Below, in pieces: positions 55,581 to 64,000 of a DNA stretch of 64,000 nucleotides. This DNA comes from an uncultured Planctomycetota bacterium. Its GTDB lineage: Bacteria > Planctomycetota > Phycisphaerae > Tepidisphaerales > Tepidisphaeraceae. The stretch is taken from the NCBI GenBank assembly GCA_963841915.1, contig CAWJEN010000006.1, forward strand, positions 704,001 to 768,000. The letters run 5' to 3'. The notes below the pieces were generated by a model. The model was not told the origin of the DNA. It saw nothing but the letters and a program-made list of their open reading frames with translations, and ran no database searches. The translations under genes were made by a program, and so were the position numbers. Positions within the stretch are counted from its first letter, which is position 1, and the number at the start of each line of letters is the position of its first letter.

Positions 55581-55940
55581 TCAGGCTGACTTCTGCAGCA
55601 CCGCCGCCATACCGCACTTGCTGCTGGCGATGCGAAAGTCCTGGCCGAAGCCGATGATCTGCTCGCGCTTCAGCTCGGCCAGTTCCTTATGACCCGTGAA
55701 GACGATGACGCGACCTTTCGTGTCGACTTCGCGAGCCATCCGCATGGCCTTTGGTGTCGCGTGCCCGCAGACGCGGCCCAGCATCTCGATGACGTAGGCG
55801 TATGTGTGCAGGTCGTCGTCGATGAGCACGACGTGCCACGGGTCCAGCGGCTTGCGGCCCGGCCGCTTTGGCTGCACCGTCGACTTGCCCCCATGCGCGG
55901 GCTTGGCCGGTGCCGGCTGATCCAGTGCTTTCTGGCTCAC
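55581..55940 (-). CDS. clpS: ATP-dependent Clp protease adaptor
   Basis: WHVVLIDDDLHTYAYVIEML, MAREVDTKGRVIV, ELAELK. Confidence 0.88.
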   Translation of the reverse strand: MSQKALDQPAPAKPAHGGKSTVQPKRPGRKPLDPWHVVLIDDDLHTYAYVIEMLGRVCGHATPKAMRMAREVDTKGRVIVFTGHKELAELKREQIIGFGQDFRIASSKCGMAAVLQKSA

Positions 55941-55992
55941 GAACTGTCAGTATCCCATTGGCGCGGTCTGTCATGCAAGTGCCGGAATCGCT

Positions 55993-56865
55993 TTAGGCCG
56001 ACAGCACCTGCGCTAGCGCCTCGTCGCTGGTGGCGCGTGCGATGTCACTCAGGAAGATCGCCAGGCCGTCATCGGCGTTCTTGCCGATGACCTTGTCTGC
56101 AATTGCCTTTACCGGCGGCTTGGCGTTGCCCATGGCAACGCCGATGCCCGCGCCCTCGAGCAGGTGCAGATCGTTCATGTCGTCCCCGATGCCCACAACG
56201 TCTGCCGCATCGATATCGTGCAGGGCCGCGACGCGTTCGACGCCGGCCCACTTGTTCACCGACGGATCGAAGACCTCGAGCAACTCAACGCCGACATTGG
56301 CCAGGTCGATCTTGTAAGCCAGCACGCGCTCGCCGAAGGTTGCTTCGATCTGCTGTTCGACAGCGGTGACGTTGTCGGGCGGGCCGAAAGTGCCAAGCCG
56401 CATTGTGTGTTTGTGGTCGTACGCCACAAGATCCTCGACGACGAGGTGCTTCATCGCGTGTCGCTCGTGCCACTCGGCCACAAGCGGCGGCAGCGGCTGC
56501 GTGTTGATCGCATAGTCAAAGCCCGTCCCTTCGCGATCAAGCAACACGAGCGGCCTCACGTCGTTGTCCTGCATGATGCGGCACAACTCACGAGCAATGT
56601 CGACAGCCATGCCTTGGCGGTGCAGCACCTTACCGACTTGCGTGTCGACGATGAACGCGCCGCCGACGAATACCGCCTTCCCGCGATGATCGACTTGCTC
56701 GATGATGTCGTGACATTCGTGCCACGTGCGGCCGGTGGCAAAGACCACCTCGTGGCCGGCGTCGATCACCTGTCTCACCGAAGCCTTGGTCGCTGCACTG
56801 ACTTGCCCGTCGGGGCCGAGCAGCGTGCCGTCGAAGTCGATCGCGATGAGCAGGCGGCGTGGCAT
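55993..56865 (-). CDS. Cof-type HAD-IIB hydrolase
   Basis: IAIDFDGTLL, ATGR, NKWAG, IGDDMNDL, GVAMGNA. Confidence 0.92.
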   Translation of the reverse strand: MPRRLLIAIDFDGTLLGPDGQVSAATKASVRQVIDAGHEVVFATGRTWHECHDIIEQVDHRGKAVFVGGAFIVDTQVGKVLHRQGMAVDIARELCRIMQDNDVRPLVLLDREGTGFDYAINTQPLPPLVAEWHERHAMKHLVVEDLVAYDHKHTMRLGTFGPPDNVTAVEQQIEATFGERVLAYKIDLANVGVELLEVFDPSVNKWAGVERVAALHDIDAADVVGIGDDMNDLHLLEGAGIGVAMGNAKPPVKAIADKVIGKNADDGLAIFLSDIARATSDEALAQVLSA

Positions 56866-56922
56866 GGCCGCACGGTAGACGTGACAGAGGCGTCTACTGT
56901 CACCGACAAGAACACCCTCACC

Positions 56923-57552
56923 ATGATAAGCAATACCACTGCTGAGGCCTCCGACACGACTGATGCTTTGTCTCAAGCAGAGCAGATTCGCATGATGCTC
57001 GAAGAGGATCGCGGCGAACTATCGCGGCTCGAACGGGACGTTGTGCAGGCGATGCAGGACAACCGCCCGATCGCCACCAACGTCAACTCGACTGTCGGCG
57101 AGGCGATGAACTTCGGTGATCGCGTAGCCGACCGCGTCGCGGCATTTGGAGGCAGTTGGAGCTTCATCGGGCTCTTCAGTGGCATCGTCATCATCTGGAT
57201 GGCTGTGAACCTTGGGCTCTTCTTGTCCAGGCCGTTCGATCCGTATCCGTTCATCCTGCTCAACCTCGTGCTCTCGTCACTGGCCGCCCTGCAGGCACCG
57301 GTCATCATGATGAGCCAGAACCGCAAGGGCGACCGCGACCGACTCACGGCCGAGCAGAACTACCGCGTCAATCTCAAGAGCGAGCTTGAGATTCGCCTCT
57401 TGCACAGCAAGGTCGATGAAATGCTCCAGCACCACTGGGGCCGCCTGCTCAAGATTCAGCAGATCCAGATCGACATGCTCCAGTCGATGAGCGGCATGAG
57501 AAAGCGCAATGCACCTGCGCCTGATTTAGATCCGTCTGGACCTGCCGCTTGA
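56923..57552 (+). CDS. DUF1003 family membrane protein
   Basis: GDRVADRVAAFGGSWSFI, PFDPYPFILLNLVLS.LAALQAPVIMMSQNR, NLKSELEI..LHSKVD. Confidence 0.92.
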   Translation: MISNTTAEASDTTDALSQAEQIRMMLEEDRGELSRLERDVVQAMQDNRPIATNVNSTVGEAMNFGDRVADRVAAFGGSWSFIGLFSGIVIIWMAVNLGLFLSRPFDPYPFILLNLVLSSLAALQAPVIMMSQNRKGDRDRLTAEQNYRVNLKSELEIRLLHSKVDEMLQHHWGRLLKIQQIQIDMLQSMSGMRKRNAPAPDLDPSGPAA

Positions 57553-57569
57553 TGACAACGGTCGGCAAA

Positions 57570-58940
57570 TCAAGACGCGGCCCGCAACGTGATCGTCCAC
57601 TTCATGGCCGTGTCGGGCTTGGCGTAGGCGACGCCGAGCAGCGTGGCCGTGTCGCCGTCGAGCGTGTACTCGAACGGCTCGTTCGTAAACGGGTCCGGCG
57701 GCAGGTAGAGCTCAACGGCATCGAGCGTTGCCGGGAGCGTGCCGTGCTTGGCCGCGTGGTCGCGGAGAGCCTCGACGATGATGAGCGCGGCGTGCTTGCG
57801 GTGGAGCTTGCCATACGATTCACGCGGCCGACTCAGCGACGGCATGATGACGCTAACGAACGTCTTGCCCCACGTGCCGTTGCGCAGGTTGATCTCAAAG
57901 TCTGCCGCGGCGTACGTCGCCTCGGGCAGCGGCAGCACCGCAAACTTAGTGAGCTGCGCGAAGGCGTCGTCGTAGCTACGGGCCATGTAGTGAGCGATCG
58001 TCGGGAACTGGCCCATCGAATCGAGCTCTTTAGCCGTGAAGTAGCCATTGTTGGTAAGATACGGCCGCGCCTCGGCGAGCATCAGCATGGCCGCCGCCGT
58101 CTGCCCGGCACCGTCGGCGAGCTGCTGCACCGGCGTCGCCGCGTCCGGCTCCGGATCGACGACCGTCACTAAGCTGATCAGGCGGGCGAACGCCTCGGCG
58201 TCGAAGCGGTCAGGTTGTTGCAGGGCGGGAAAGGTCGAGTAGATGCCGAGCCGCTCGACTTCCATCTGCTGTGCGAAGTTGTCGAGCTTCGGCGCGGTCA
58301 TGAGCGGCCAATAGAGGTTCGGCACGCCATTGAAATCGTGGGCCTCGCGGAGCACGTCTTGACCCGACGCGTAGATGCCGACGCCGACTAAGCCTTCAAT
58401 CAGCACTGGCTGATCGTGCGTCGAGACGTCCTCGGCGAGCTTGAGCATCAGGCGAACGTCCTCGAGCATGGCGTCAACATCGCCATCGAGAAGATTGAGC
58501 TTGGCCGACGTCGCCAACAGGTTAGTGCTCAACCGCGCGTCGTTCAGGTGAGGCAGCAAGGTCAGGAAGCCTTGCTCGCGAAGGGGGAACTCGAAGCTGG
58601 CCCGCGTGCGAGTCGCGGCAATCTCGATAGAGCTACGAGCATCGGCAAAGGTGACTAAGGCCTGACGGACCTCCGGCGTGTCCAGCTCTGCGGCGGACTC
58701 GACCCGCATCGCTGCGTCGGGCCATTCCTCGGCATTGAGCTGGGCAAACGCGGTAAAGTAGGCCGCCGTTCCGTCGCCCGGCGTCTGCTCGACGAGCGTG
58801 AATCGCAACGCCAACGGGTCGGCCGCGTCCTTGCCCTCGGCGGCGGCGGGCGTGATGGAAAAGGTCCGATCGTCCTGACCCGACGCGGGGGCGGCGAGCA
58901 ACGCGAGAGTGAGCAGCGGGTATAGGAGTACGTGCTTCAT
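57570..58940 (-). CDS. Secreted helical hypothetical protein, third gene of the second ECF triad
   Basis: Signal peptide MKHVLLYPLLTLALLAAPASG, LIEGLVGVGI, PNLYWPL, C-terminal 'EALRDHAA..GTLP..L...P.DPFTNEPFEY'. Confidence 0.75.
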   Translation of the reverse strand: MKHVLLYPLLTLALLAAPASGQDDRTFSITPAAAEGKDAADPLALRFTLVEQTPGDGTAAYFTAFAQLNAEEWPDAAMRVESAAELDTPEVRQALVTFADARSSIEIAATRTRASFEFPLREQGFLTLLPHLNDARLSTNLLATSAKLNLLDGDVDAMLEDVRLMLKLAEDVSTHDQPVLIEGLVGVGIYASGQDVLREAHDFNGVPNLYWPLMTAPKLDNFAQQMEVERLGIYSTFPALQQPDRFDAEAFARLISLVTVVDPEPDAATPVQQLADGAGQTAAAMLMLAEARPYLTNNGYFTAKELDSMGQFPTIAHYMARSYDDAFAQLTKFAVLPLPEATYAAADFEINLRNGTWGKTFVSVIMPSLSRPRESYGKLHRKHAALIIVEALRDHAAKHGTLPATLDAVELYLPPDPFTNEPFEYTLDGDTATLLGVAYAKPDTAMKWTITLRAAS

Positions 58941-58951
58941 GATCGTGCGGG

Positions 58952-59371
58952 TTAGCCGGCGTCGCGAGGGAAGACGCTGCGAATCCGGTAAAGCTGGGCC
59001 TGGCGATAGGAACTGCTGATTTGCGGCAGTTGGCGCAGGTCGATGCCGTCGTCGGTCAGGACGGCGTTGCGGAGTGCCAGCATCGACGTCGGCGGCAGGC
59101 GGCGAGGCGGCCCTGTACGTTGAGGCAGCGTTTCCTGGACCTCTCGCTCCGACGTCTCTTCGGCGATCTGTGTCGGCGCACGCTGGTTGATCAGCGAGAC
59201 GCCGAGCGTTCCGCACAGCAGCACCGCCGCTGCGGCACGCCAGCGCCAGACGCTGGCGTTCAGGCTTTGCCGGCCGTCAAGCTGACCAGCTTCATACGCG
59301 GCGGCGATTGCATCGGCGGCGTCCGGTCCGGCGGGGGCGGCGGCTTTGAACCTGGCTTCGAAGTCACTCAT
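58952..59371 (-). CDS. Putative single-TM anti-sigma factor
   Basis: ATGA-coupled to the ECF sigma gene; 'AYEAGQ...WRWRAAAAVLL' TM pattern. Confidence 0.6.
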   Translation of the reverse strand: MSDFEARFKAAAPAGPDAADAIAAAYEAGQLDGRQSLNASVWRWRAAAAVLLCGTLGVSLINQRAPTQIAEETSEREVQETLPQRTGPPRRLPPTSMLALRNAVLTDDGIDLRQLPQISSSYRQAQLYRIRSVFPRDAG

Positions 59372-59847
59372 GGTGAGTCCTCTGCGAGCAGTGGCCGCAG
59401 CTTGTCGAGGCCGCGGCGGTAGGTAGCGTGGGCAGTGCTCGTCGCGACGCCGAGCAGCGTGGCGACTTCGGTGAATTTCGCGTCGCACCAAAGGTGCAGA
59501 ATGACCGCCTCACGCTCCGCCGAGTCGAGCTGCAACAGGGCGTGCTCAATCTCCGGCTGTTCCGGCGGCGTGTCGGGCATGCCGATGCGGCCGGCAATGT
59601 GCGACTCCCGGTGACGCCGCCGACGCTGGGAGCGGCGATGATCGAGCGCGGTCGAGCGAACAGCCGACAGCAGCCACGCTCGCGGCGTCTCGACGGTGCC
59701 GCCGCCGGCGAGGTGGCGTACGAGCTTGACGAAGACATCGTGTACCACGTCGTCGGCGTCGCCTGGCAAGGCGGCGGCATAACGGCGGCACGCGGCGGCG
59801 TGGTCGCGGTAGATCGTCTCGAAGATTTGTGCAGCGGCAGGGCCCAC
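59368..59847 (-). CDS. ECF RNA polymerase sigma-70 factor
   Basis: DADDVVHDVFVKL, AWLLSAVRSTALDHRR, LDSAEREAVILHLW...FTEVATLLGV. Confidence 0.9.
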   Translation of the reverse strand: MGPAAAQIFETIYRDHAAACRRYAAALPGDADDVVHDVFVKLVRHLAGGGTVETPRAWLLSAVRSTALDHRRSQRRRRHRESHIAGRIGMPDTPPEQPEIEHALLQLDSAEREAVILHLWCDAKFTEVATLLGVATSTAHATYRRGLDKLRPLLAEDSP

Positions 59848-59857
59848 ATCACCTACC

Positions 59858-59884
59858 AGACGCCGCCGATGCCGGACGATTCGG
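59858..59884 (-). promoter_or_regulatory. Putative ECF-type promoter
   Basis: Minus strand CCGAAT, 16 nt spacer, CGTCT, about 10 nt before the sigma start. Confidence 0.3.
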
Positions 59885-59901
59885 TGGCTTGACGATTTTC
59901 T

Positions 59902-61098
59902 TCACATCGATAACGCGCGATCCAGGTCGGCGATGAGGTCGTCTGCATCTTCGATGCCGACGCTCAGCCGTACGAGCCCGTCCCCGATGCCGGCCGTGCG
60001 GCGGGCGGCTTCGCTCATGCTGACGTGGCTCATCGACCACGGGTGCTCCCAAAGACTCTCGATCCCGCCCAGACTCTCGGCCAGCAGAATCAGCTGCGCG
60101 TTCGGCATGACCTTCTCCGCCTTGGCGAGTCCACCCTTGAGGTCGAAGCTGACCATGCCGCCGAAGCCGTCCTGCTGACGCTTGGCCAACGCGTGGCCCG
60201 GGTGATCTTCAAGGCCGGGGTAGTAAACGCGACCAACTTCGGCGTGACCATTCAGGAACGTCGCGATCCTCATCGCGTTCTCGCAGTGCTGTCGGACCCG
60301 CGGCCCCAGCGTCTTGACACCGCGCAGCGTCAGCCAGGCGTCGAATGGACTTTGTGCCAGGCCCATGGCGTTGACGACGTAGCCGATGCGCTTGGCGTGT
60401 TCTTCCTTGGCGCAGACGACCGCGCCGCCGACAACGTCGCTGTGGCCATTGATGTACTTCGTCGCCGAGTGCACGACGACATCGACGCCCATTTCAATGG
60501 GCCGCATAAGCGCTGGCGACAGGAACGTGTTGTCGGCAATCGTCACGAGACTTTTGCTCTTGGCCACTTCGACGACCGCCCGCACGTCGATGATGTTCAG
60601 CAGCGGGTTGCTGGGCGTTTCGATCCAAACGCCCTTCGTGTTGCTCTTGCACGCAGCGGCAACGTTGGCGGCGTCGCTCATGTCGATGAAGCTGACCTCG
60701 ATGCCAAGGTCGGGCATGACATCGGCAAAGAGTCTGTACGTGCCGCCGTAAATGTCATGGCCGGCGATGACGTGGTCACCGTTCTTGAACAGGTGCATCG
60801 CCGCCGTTACCGCACTCATGCCCGTCGAGGTGCATCGGCAGTCGACGCCACCGTCCAGGGCGGCGAGGTTCTCTTCGAGTGCCCGCCGTGTCGGGTTGCC
60901 GCTGCGCGTGTAGTCGTACGTCGCCGGCTGGTTGAGGCCGTGCCACCCGAACGTACTGGTCGGGTAGATGGGCGTCGTCGCGCTCTTGTAGCTGTCGTCC
61001 TGATCGACGCCGGCGTGAACGCACTTGGTGGCGAATCCCTTACTCCGGTAGCTTGTTTCAGTTTCGATCGCGGGCGTCCGCTCGTTGATGGCGTGCAT
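59902..61098 (-). CDS. metB: Cys/Met metabolism PLP enzyme (cystathionine gamma-synthase/lyase)
   Basis: PIYPTSTF, YTRSGNPTR, GMSAV, YGGTYRL, ETPSNPLL, DNTF, HSATKYINGHSD, AESLGGIESL, RLSVGIE. The exact paralogue (metB vs mccB) is uncertain. Confidence 0.88.
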   Translation of the reverse strand: MHAINERTPAIETETSYRSKGFATKCVHAGVDQDDSYKSATTPIYPTSTFGWHGLNQPATYDYTRSGNPTRRALEENLAALDGGVDCRCTSTGMSAVTAAMHLFKNGDHVIAGHDIYGGTYRLFADVMPDLGIEVSFIDMSDAANVAAACKSNTKGVWIETPSNPLLNIIDVRAVVEVAKSKSLVTIADNTFLSPALMRPIEMGVDVVVHSATKYINGHSDVVGGAVVCAKEEHAKRIGYVVNAMGLAQSPFDAWLTLRGVKTLGPRVRQHCENAMRIATFLNGHAEVGRVYYPGLEDHPGHALAKRQQDGFGGMVSFDLKGGLAKAEKVMPNAQLILLAESLGGIESLWEHPWSMSHVSMSEAARRTAGIGDGLVRLSVGIEDADDLIADLDRALSM

Positions 61099-61139
61099 GG
61101 GCCGCCACGATAGTCGCCGATCGGAATGTCGGCATTCGC

Positions 61140-62288
61140 TCAGGCTGCCGAGACAGGCGTTGCCCGGGCCTTAGCCACCTTCAGATAGAAGTCGCTGACC
61201 CGCCCGGCCAGGACGTCCCACGCATAGTTGGCCCGCACGTGGGCGCGTTGCCGGTCGGCAGCGTCCTGCCGCGTCGCCGCGTCGGTCATCACTTGCCGCA
61301 ATCGCATCGTCAAGCCGTCGACATCTTGCACGTCGAACAGCAGGTGTCCGGTTCCCGCACCATCGAGCAGTAGTCGGTGAGGCGGGATGTCGCTGGCGAT
61401 CACGCACGACTGCCGTTCCATCGCCTCCAGCACGCTGCTGGGCAAGCCCTCCAGCTCGCTCGCCGTCACGTAGGCGGCGGCGCAGCGAAACAGCGTCTCG
61501 AGTTCATGCCCCGTGCGGTGACCGGCGAAGACAATGTTGCCGCCCGCTGACTGCTTCAGGCTCGTCAGCCAAGGTGTCTGTGGCCCTTCGCCGACCACGA
61601 CGAGTCGGCAGCCGACACGCTCAGCGGCGGAGACGATGTCTTGCGTTCGCTTCTCCTGAACCAACCGACCGACGCTCACCACGAATTGCCCCGGCTCTAC
61701 CGACAGCTCCCGCAGCAATACAGCGTCCGGTTCGAACGGCTCGTCGTCGGGGACGATGCCGTTGGGCAACACTGCTGCCCCGATGCCGTACGTCTGGCGG
61801 TAGTAGTCGGCCAGATATGGCGCACACACGGCCACCGCGTGGGCGGCTTTGACCATGCGTTTCTCGCCCAGCTTGATCACCTTGGCCCCGAGACCGAGCG
61901 GCGTCTGCTGCCACTTGGCCCGTTGCCAGTCCAGGCCGTGGACGTGGCTGATGACGGTCGCCCCCGATCTACGGGCCAGCGGCGCGAACATCTGCGGCGG
62001 AAGCGCGTGCAGGGCGATGACGTCGAACGACTGCTTCGCCGCGTGACGGACGGCCGTCCACGTGTGCGACAGCGTTTCGGCGGACGCTCCACCGGGAGCG
62101 CCCGTCGTGACGAGCCGGACACCCTTGTGCGACGACGCATTGGTCACGCCCGGTCGGCAGTAGGCGGTGACGTCGTGCCCGATGTCGACGAGGCGCGGCA
62201 GGAGTTCTTCCCAGATCCGCTCGACGCCGCTGTAGTGGCTGGGCATGCCGCGGCCACCGATGGCGGCGATGCGTAGTCGCTCAGGCAT
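61140..62288 (-). CDS. GT4 glycosyltransferase
   Basis: IGGRGMPSHYSGVE, HGLDWQRAKW, VGRLVQEK, SELEGLPSSVLEAM. Confidence 0.9.
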   Translation of the reverse strand: MPERLRIAAIGGRGMPSHYSGVERIWEELLPRLVDIGHDVTAYCRPGVTNASSHKGVRLVTTGAPGGASAETLSHTWTAVRHAAKQSFDVIALHALPPQMFAPLARRSGATVISHVHGLDWQRAKWQQTPLGLGAKVIKLGEKRMVKAAHAVAVCAPYLADYYRQTYGIGAAVLPNGIVPDDEPFEPDAVLLRELSVEPGQFVVSVGRLVQEKRTQDIVSAAERVGCRLVVVGEGPQTPWLTSLKQSAGGNIVFAGHRTGHELETLFRCAAAYVTASELEGLPSSVLEAMERQSCVIASDIPPHRLLLDGAGTGHLLFDVQDVDGLTMRLRQVMTDAATRQDAADRQRAHVRANYAWDVLAGRVSDFYLKVAKARATPVSAA

Positions 62289-63594
62289 GGGTGGCCTCCC
62301 GGTGCAGATCGATCGCGTGTTGATACGCCGCGGCGATCCGCCGGTAGAAGACAGACGGTGCAAACTCGGCCTTGGCCCGCTTGCGACCGGCTTGACACAT
62401 GCGTTGAACCGTCGCGTCGTCGTTCCAAAGAGCTTGCATGGCAGCCGCCATGGCTTGTGGATCATTTGGCGGAACTATGAGCCCTGTTTCGCCGTGCACG
62501 ACGACTTCGGGCAACCCGCCCATGGCGGTGGCAATGACGGGCGTGCCGTACCCTTGTGCCTCTGCGGCGACGATGCCGAAGCACTCAAACCACTCACTCG
62601 GAACCACGCTGAATCGCGCGTTGCGGTAGAAGTCTGGTAGCTGCTCCCGGCTGAGCTTGCCGACGAATTCCACGTTCGGCGGAGGATTCTTCAACAATTC
62701 AGGCATCCGCCTGGCATCGCCTGCGATCTTGAGCGGGACACCCGACAGTCGAGCGGCCTCGATCATCGTCGGAATGCCTTTCTCCGGACTGATGCGACCG
62801 ACGAAGCAGGCGTACTTCGTTAGCGCCTTCCCCTGACAATTGATGTCAACCTGTTCGGGCAGATCCGTGAAGTCGGGCAGCACGTGCATTTGATCACGGT
62901 CGAACCCGGCGCCGGCAAGGTGGTCGCGGACGAAGTTGCTGCACGGCATGAACAGGGTGATCCCGTCGCGGAAGGTCCGACGGTACCGGTTGACGACATT
63001 GCGGATCGTGTAGGCGGTGCTCCAGACGCGGTTGTTTCGGCAGCCGTGGATGGCGGCCCAGTACTCGTGCCCGCCGATGCACCTGGTGCAGACTTTGCCG
63101 TCGCGGACGTGTTGGCCGGCGGGGCAGGTCAGCTTGTAATCCTGCATGCTCATGACCACCGGCACGCCGCGACCTGCGTAGGCGTCGCCGCAGCCGTCGA
63201 TAACGCTCGGGCTCACCAGCGGCAGGATGTTGTTGAGGTGAACGAGGTCGATGGCGTCGGACTCAATCCGCTGCTTCATGTCCCGCCTGGCCTGGGGCGA
63301 CACGATGGCAGTCTGCAGCGCACGCACCTTTTGCGACAGCGTGTTGATGGTCGCGTTGTCACGTTCGTAGACCCCGACGTGGTGCCCGTTGTCGCGCAGA
63401 ATTTCTGTGACGCCTTCGAAGAAGACTTCGAAGCCGCCGGGCCCGACGTGGGTGTTGTGAACGTTGAGAACGCGCAGCGGCTCGCCGTTCTTGTTCAGCA
63501 CCGTGTCGATTTCCGGGGCGTCCCAGGAGGCGGTGCGGGTGGTTTGCAGTGGCAGACGAATGCCCGATGGTCGTGGTGCGGTCAGAAGCGTCAT
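62281..63594 (-). CDS. GT4 glycosyltransferase
   Basis: DLVHLNN...SPSV, DYKLTCP with Cys cluster, FVGRISPEKG, PSEWFECFGIVAAEAQGYGTPVI. Confidence 0.9.
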   Translation of the reverse strand: MTLLTAPRPSGIRLPLQTTRTASWDAPEIDTVLNKNGEPLRVLNVHNTHVGPGGFEVFFEGVTEILRDNGHHVGVYERDNATINTLSQKVRALQTAIVSPQARRDMKQRIESDAIDLVHLNNILPLVSPSVIDGCGDAYAGRGVPVVMSMQDYKLTCPAGQHVRDGKVCTRCIGGHEYWAAIHGCRNNRVWSTAYTIRNVVNRYRRTFRDGITLFMPCSNFVRDHLAGAGFDRDQMHVLPDFTDLPEQVDINCQGKALTKYACFVGRISPEKGIPTMIEAARLSGVPLKIAGDARRMPELLKNPPPNVEFVGKLSREQLPDFYRNARFSVVPSEWFECFGIVAAEAQGYGTPVIATAMGGLPEVVVHGETGLIVPPNDPQAMAAAMQALWNDDATVQRMCQAGRKRAKAEFAPSVFYRRIAAAYQHAIDLHREATHA

Positions 63595-64000
63595 CGTTTT
63601 TCTCCGTCAAGCAGGCCCTGGTAGAGCGTGCGGTGTTGTGCGGCCACGTCTGACCAGGTGAGGGCGCAGGCGTGTGTGCGGGCGCGATCGGCCCGGTCAC
63701 GGGCAACGTCAGGCTGATCAATCAGTGTGGCGACGGCTGTGCTGATCGCGATGGCATCACCGGGCGGGACGAACGTAATGTCGTCGCGGCGGCCGAAATC
63801 GTCAGGAGTGGACGGGCCACGGGTGGTGACCGTCGCCACGCCGTGGGTAAGGGCGGTGAGGAGCGAGCTGCGATTTGGACCGGCCCCGCTGTCGTACGGC
63901 AGCACCGCAAGATCGGCGGCGTGCATGAGCTGGCTCACCCGCTCAGCATCGGCGTCGTTGATCCAGATCGCCTCGTCACGCAGTCTGACTTCGATCGGCG
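63591..64000 (-). CDS. GT4 glycosyltransferase, C-terminal part (5' end outside the window)
   Basis: ADLAVLPY...SSLLTALTHGVATVTT...FVPPGD...TWSDVA; ATGA overlap with the next GT gene. Confidence 0.8.
   Translation of the reverse strand, partial: PIEVRLRDEAIWINDADAERVSQLMHAADLAVLPYDSGAGPNRSSLLTALTHGVATVTTRGPSTPDDFGRRDDITFVPPGDAIAISTAVATLIDQPDVARDRADRARTHACALTWSDVAAQHRTLYQGLLDGEKR

Overview
A GC-rich (by eye about 65-67%), densely coding bacterial chromosome segment. It is most likely from a Planctomycetota of the Phycisphaerae/Tepidisphaerales type; this is inferred from a PEP-CTERM protein, a CPxCGYDxRATPDRCPECG zinc-ribbon tail, ECF sigma triads and a TsaC-LMW-PTP fusion. Housekeeping genes include sdhA, recR, tyrA, accA, rpiB, mug, pcrA, hemA, rpmI-rplT, tpiA-secG-yicC, lysA, clpS and a metB-like gene. 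There is also a MacAB-TolC-type exporter, several glycosyltransferases and many hypothetical membrane or secreted proteins. I found no rRNA, tRNA, CRISPR array, integrase, transposase or reverse transcriptase. The most notable items are: (1) two perfect parS palindromes upstream of pcrA; (2) a TANNNT box 5-9 nt before the start codon of at least 17 genes, suggesting widespread leaderless mRNAs; (3) a ywlC-ywlE-ywlF-like locus whose phosphatase is intact but whose TsaC and RpiB catalytic motifs are altered; (4) a possible protein O-glycosylation system (WecA-like gene, O-oligosaccharyltransferase-like gene, T-[RQ]-P motifs in exported proteins); (5) several structured intergenic elements, including a REP doublet and two possibly homologous ncRNA candidates at 9.1 and 50.1 kb; (6) a lower-GC islet at 25.5-27.4 kb; and (7) single-base frameshifts in lysA, an M48 peptidase and the ligase gene that are probably assembly errors. 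No single new system is proven from sequence alone. All family assignments are by motif recognition, not database search.
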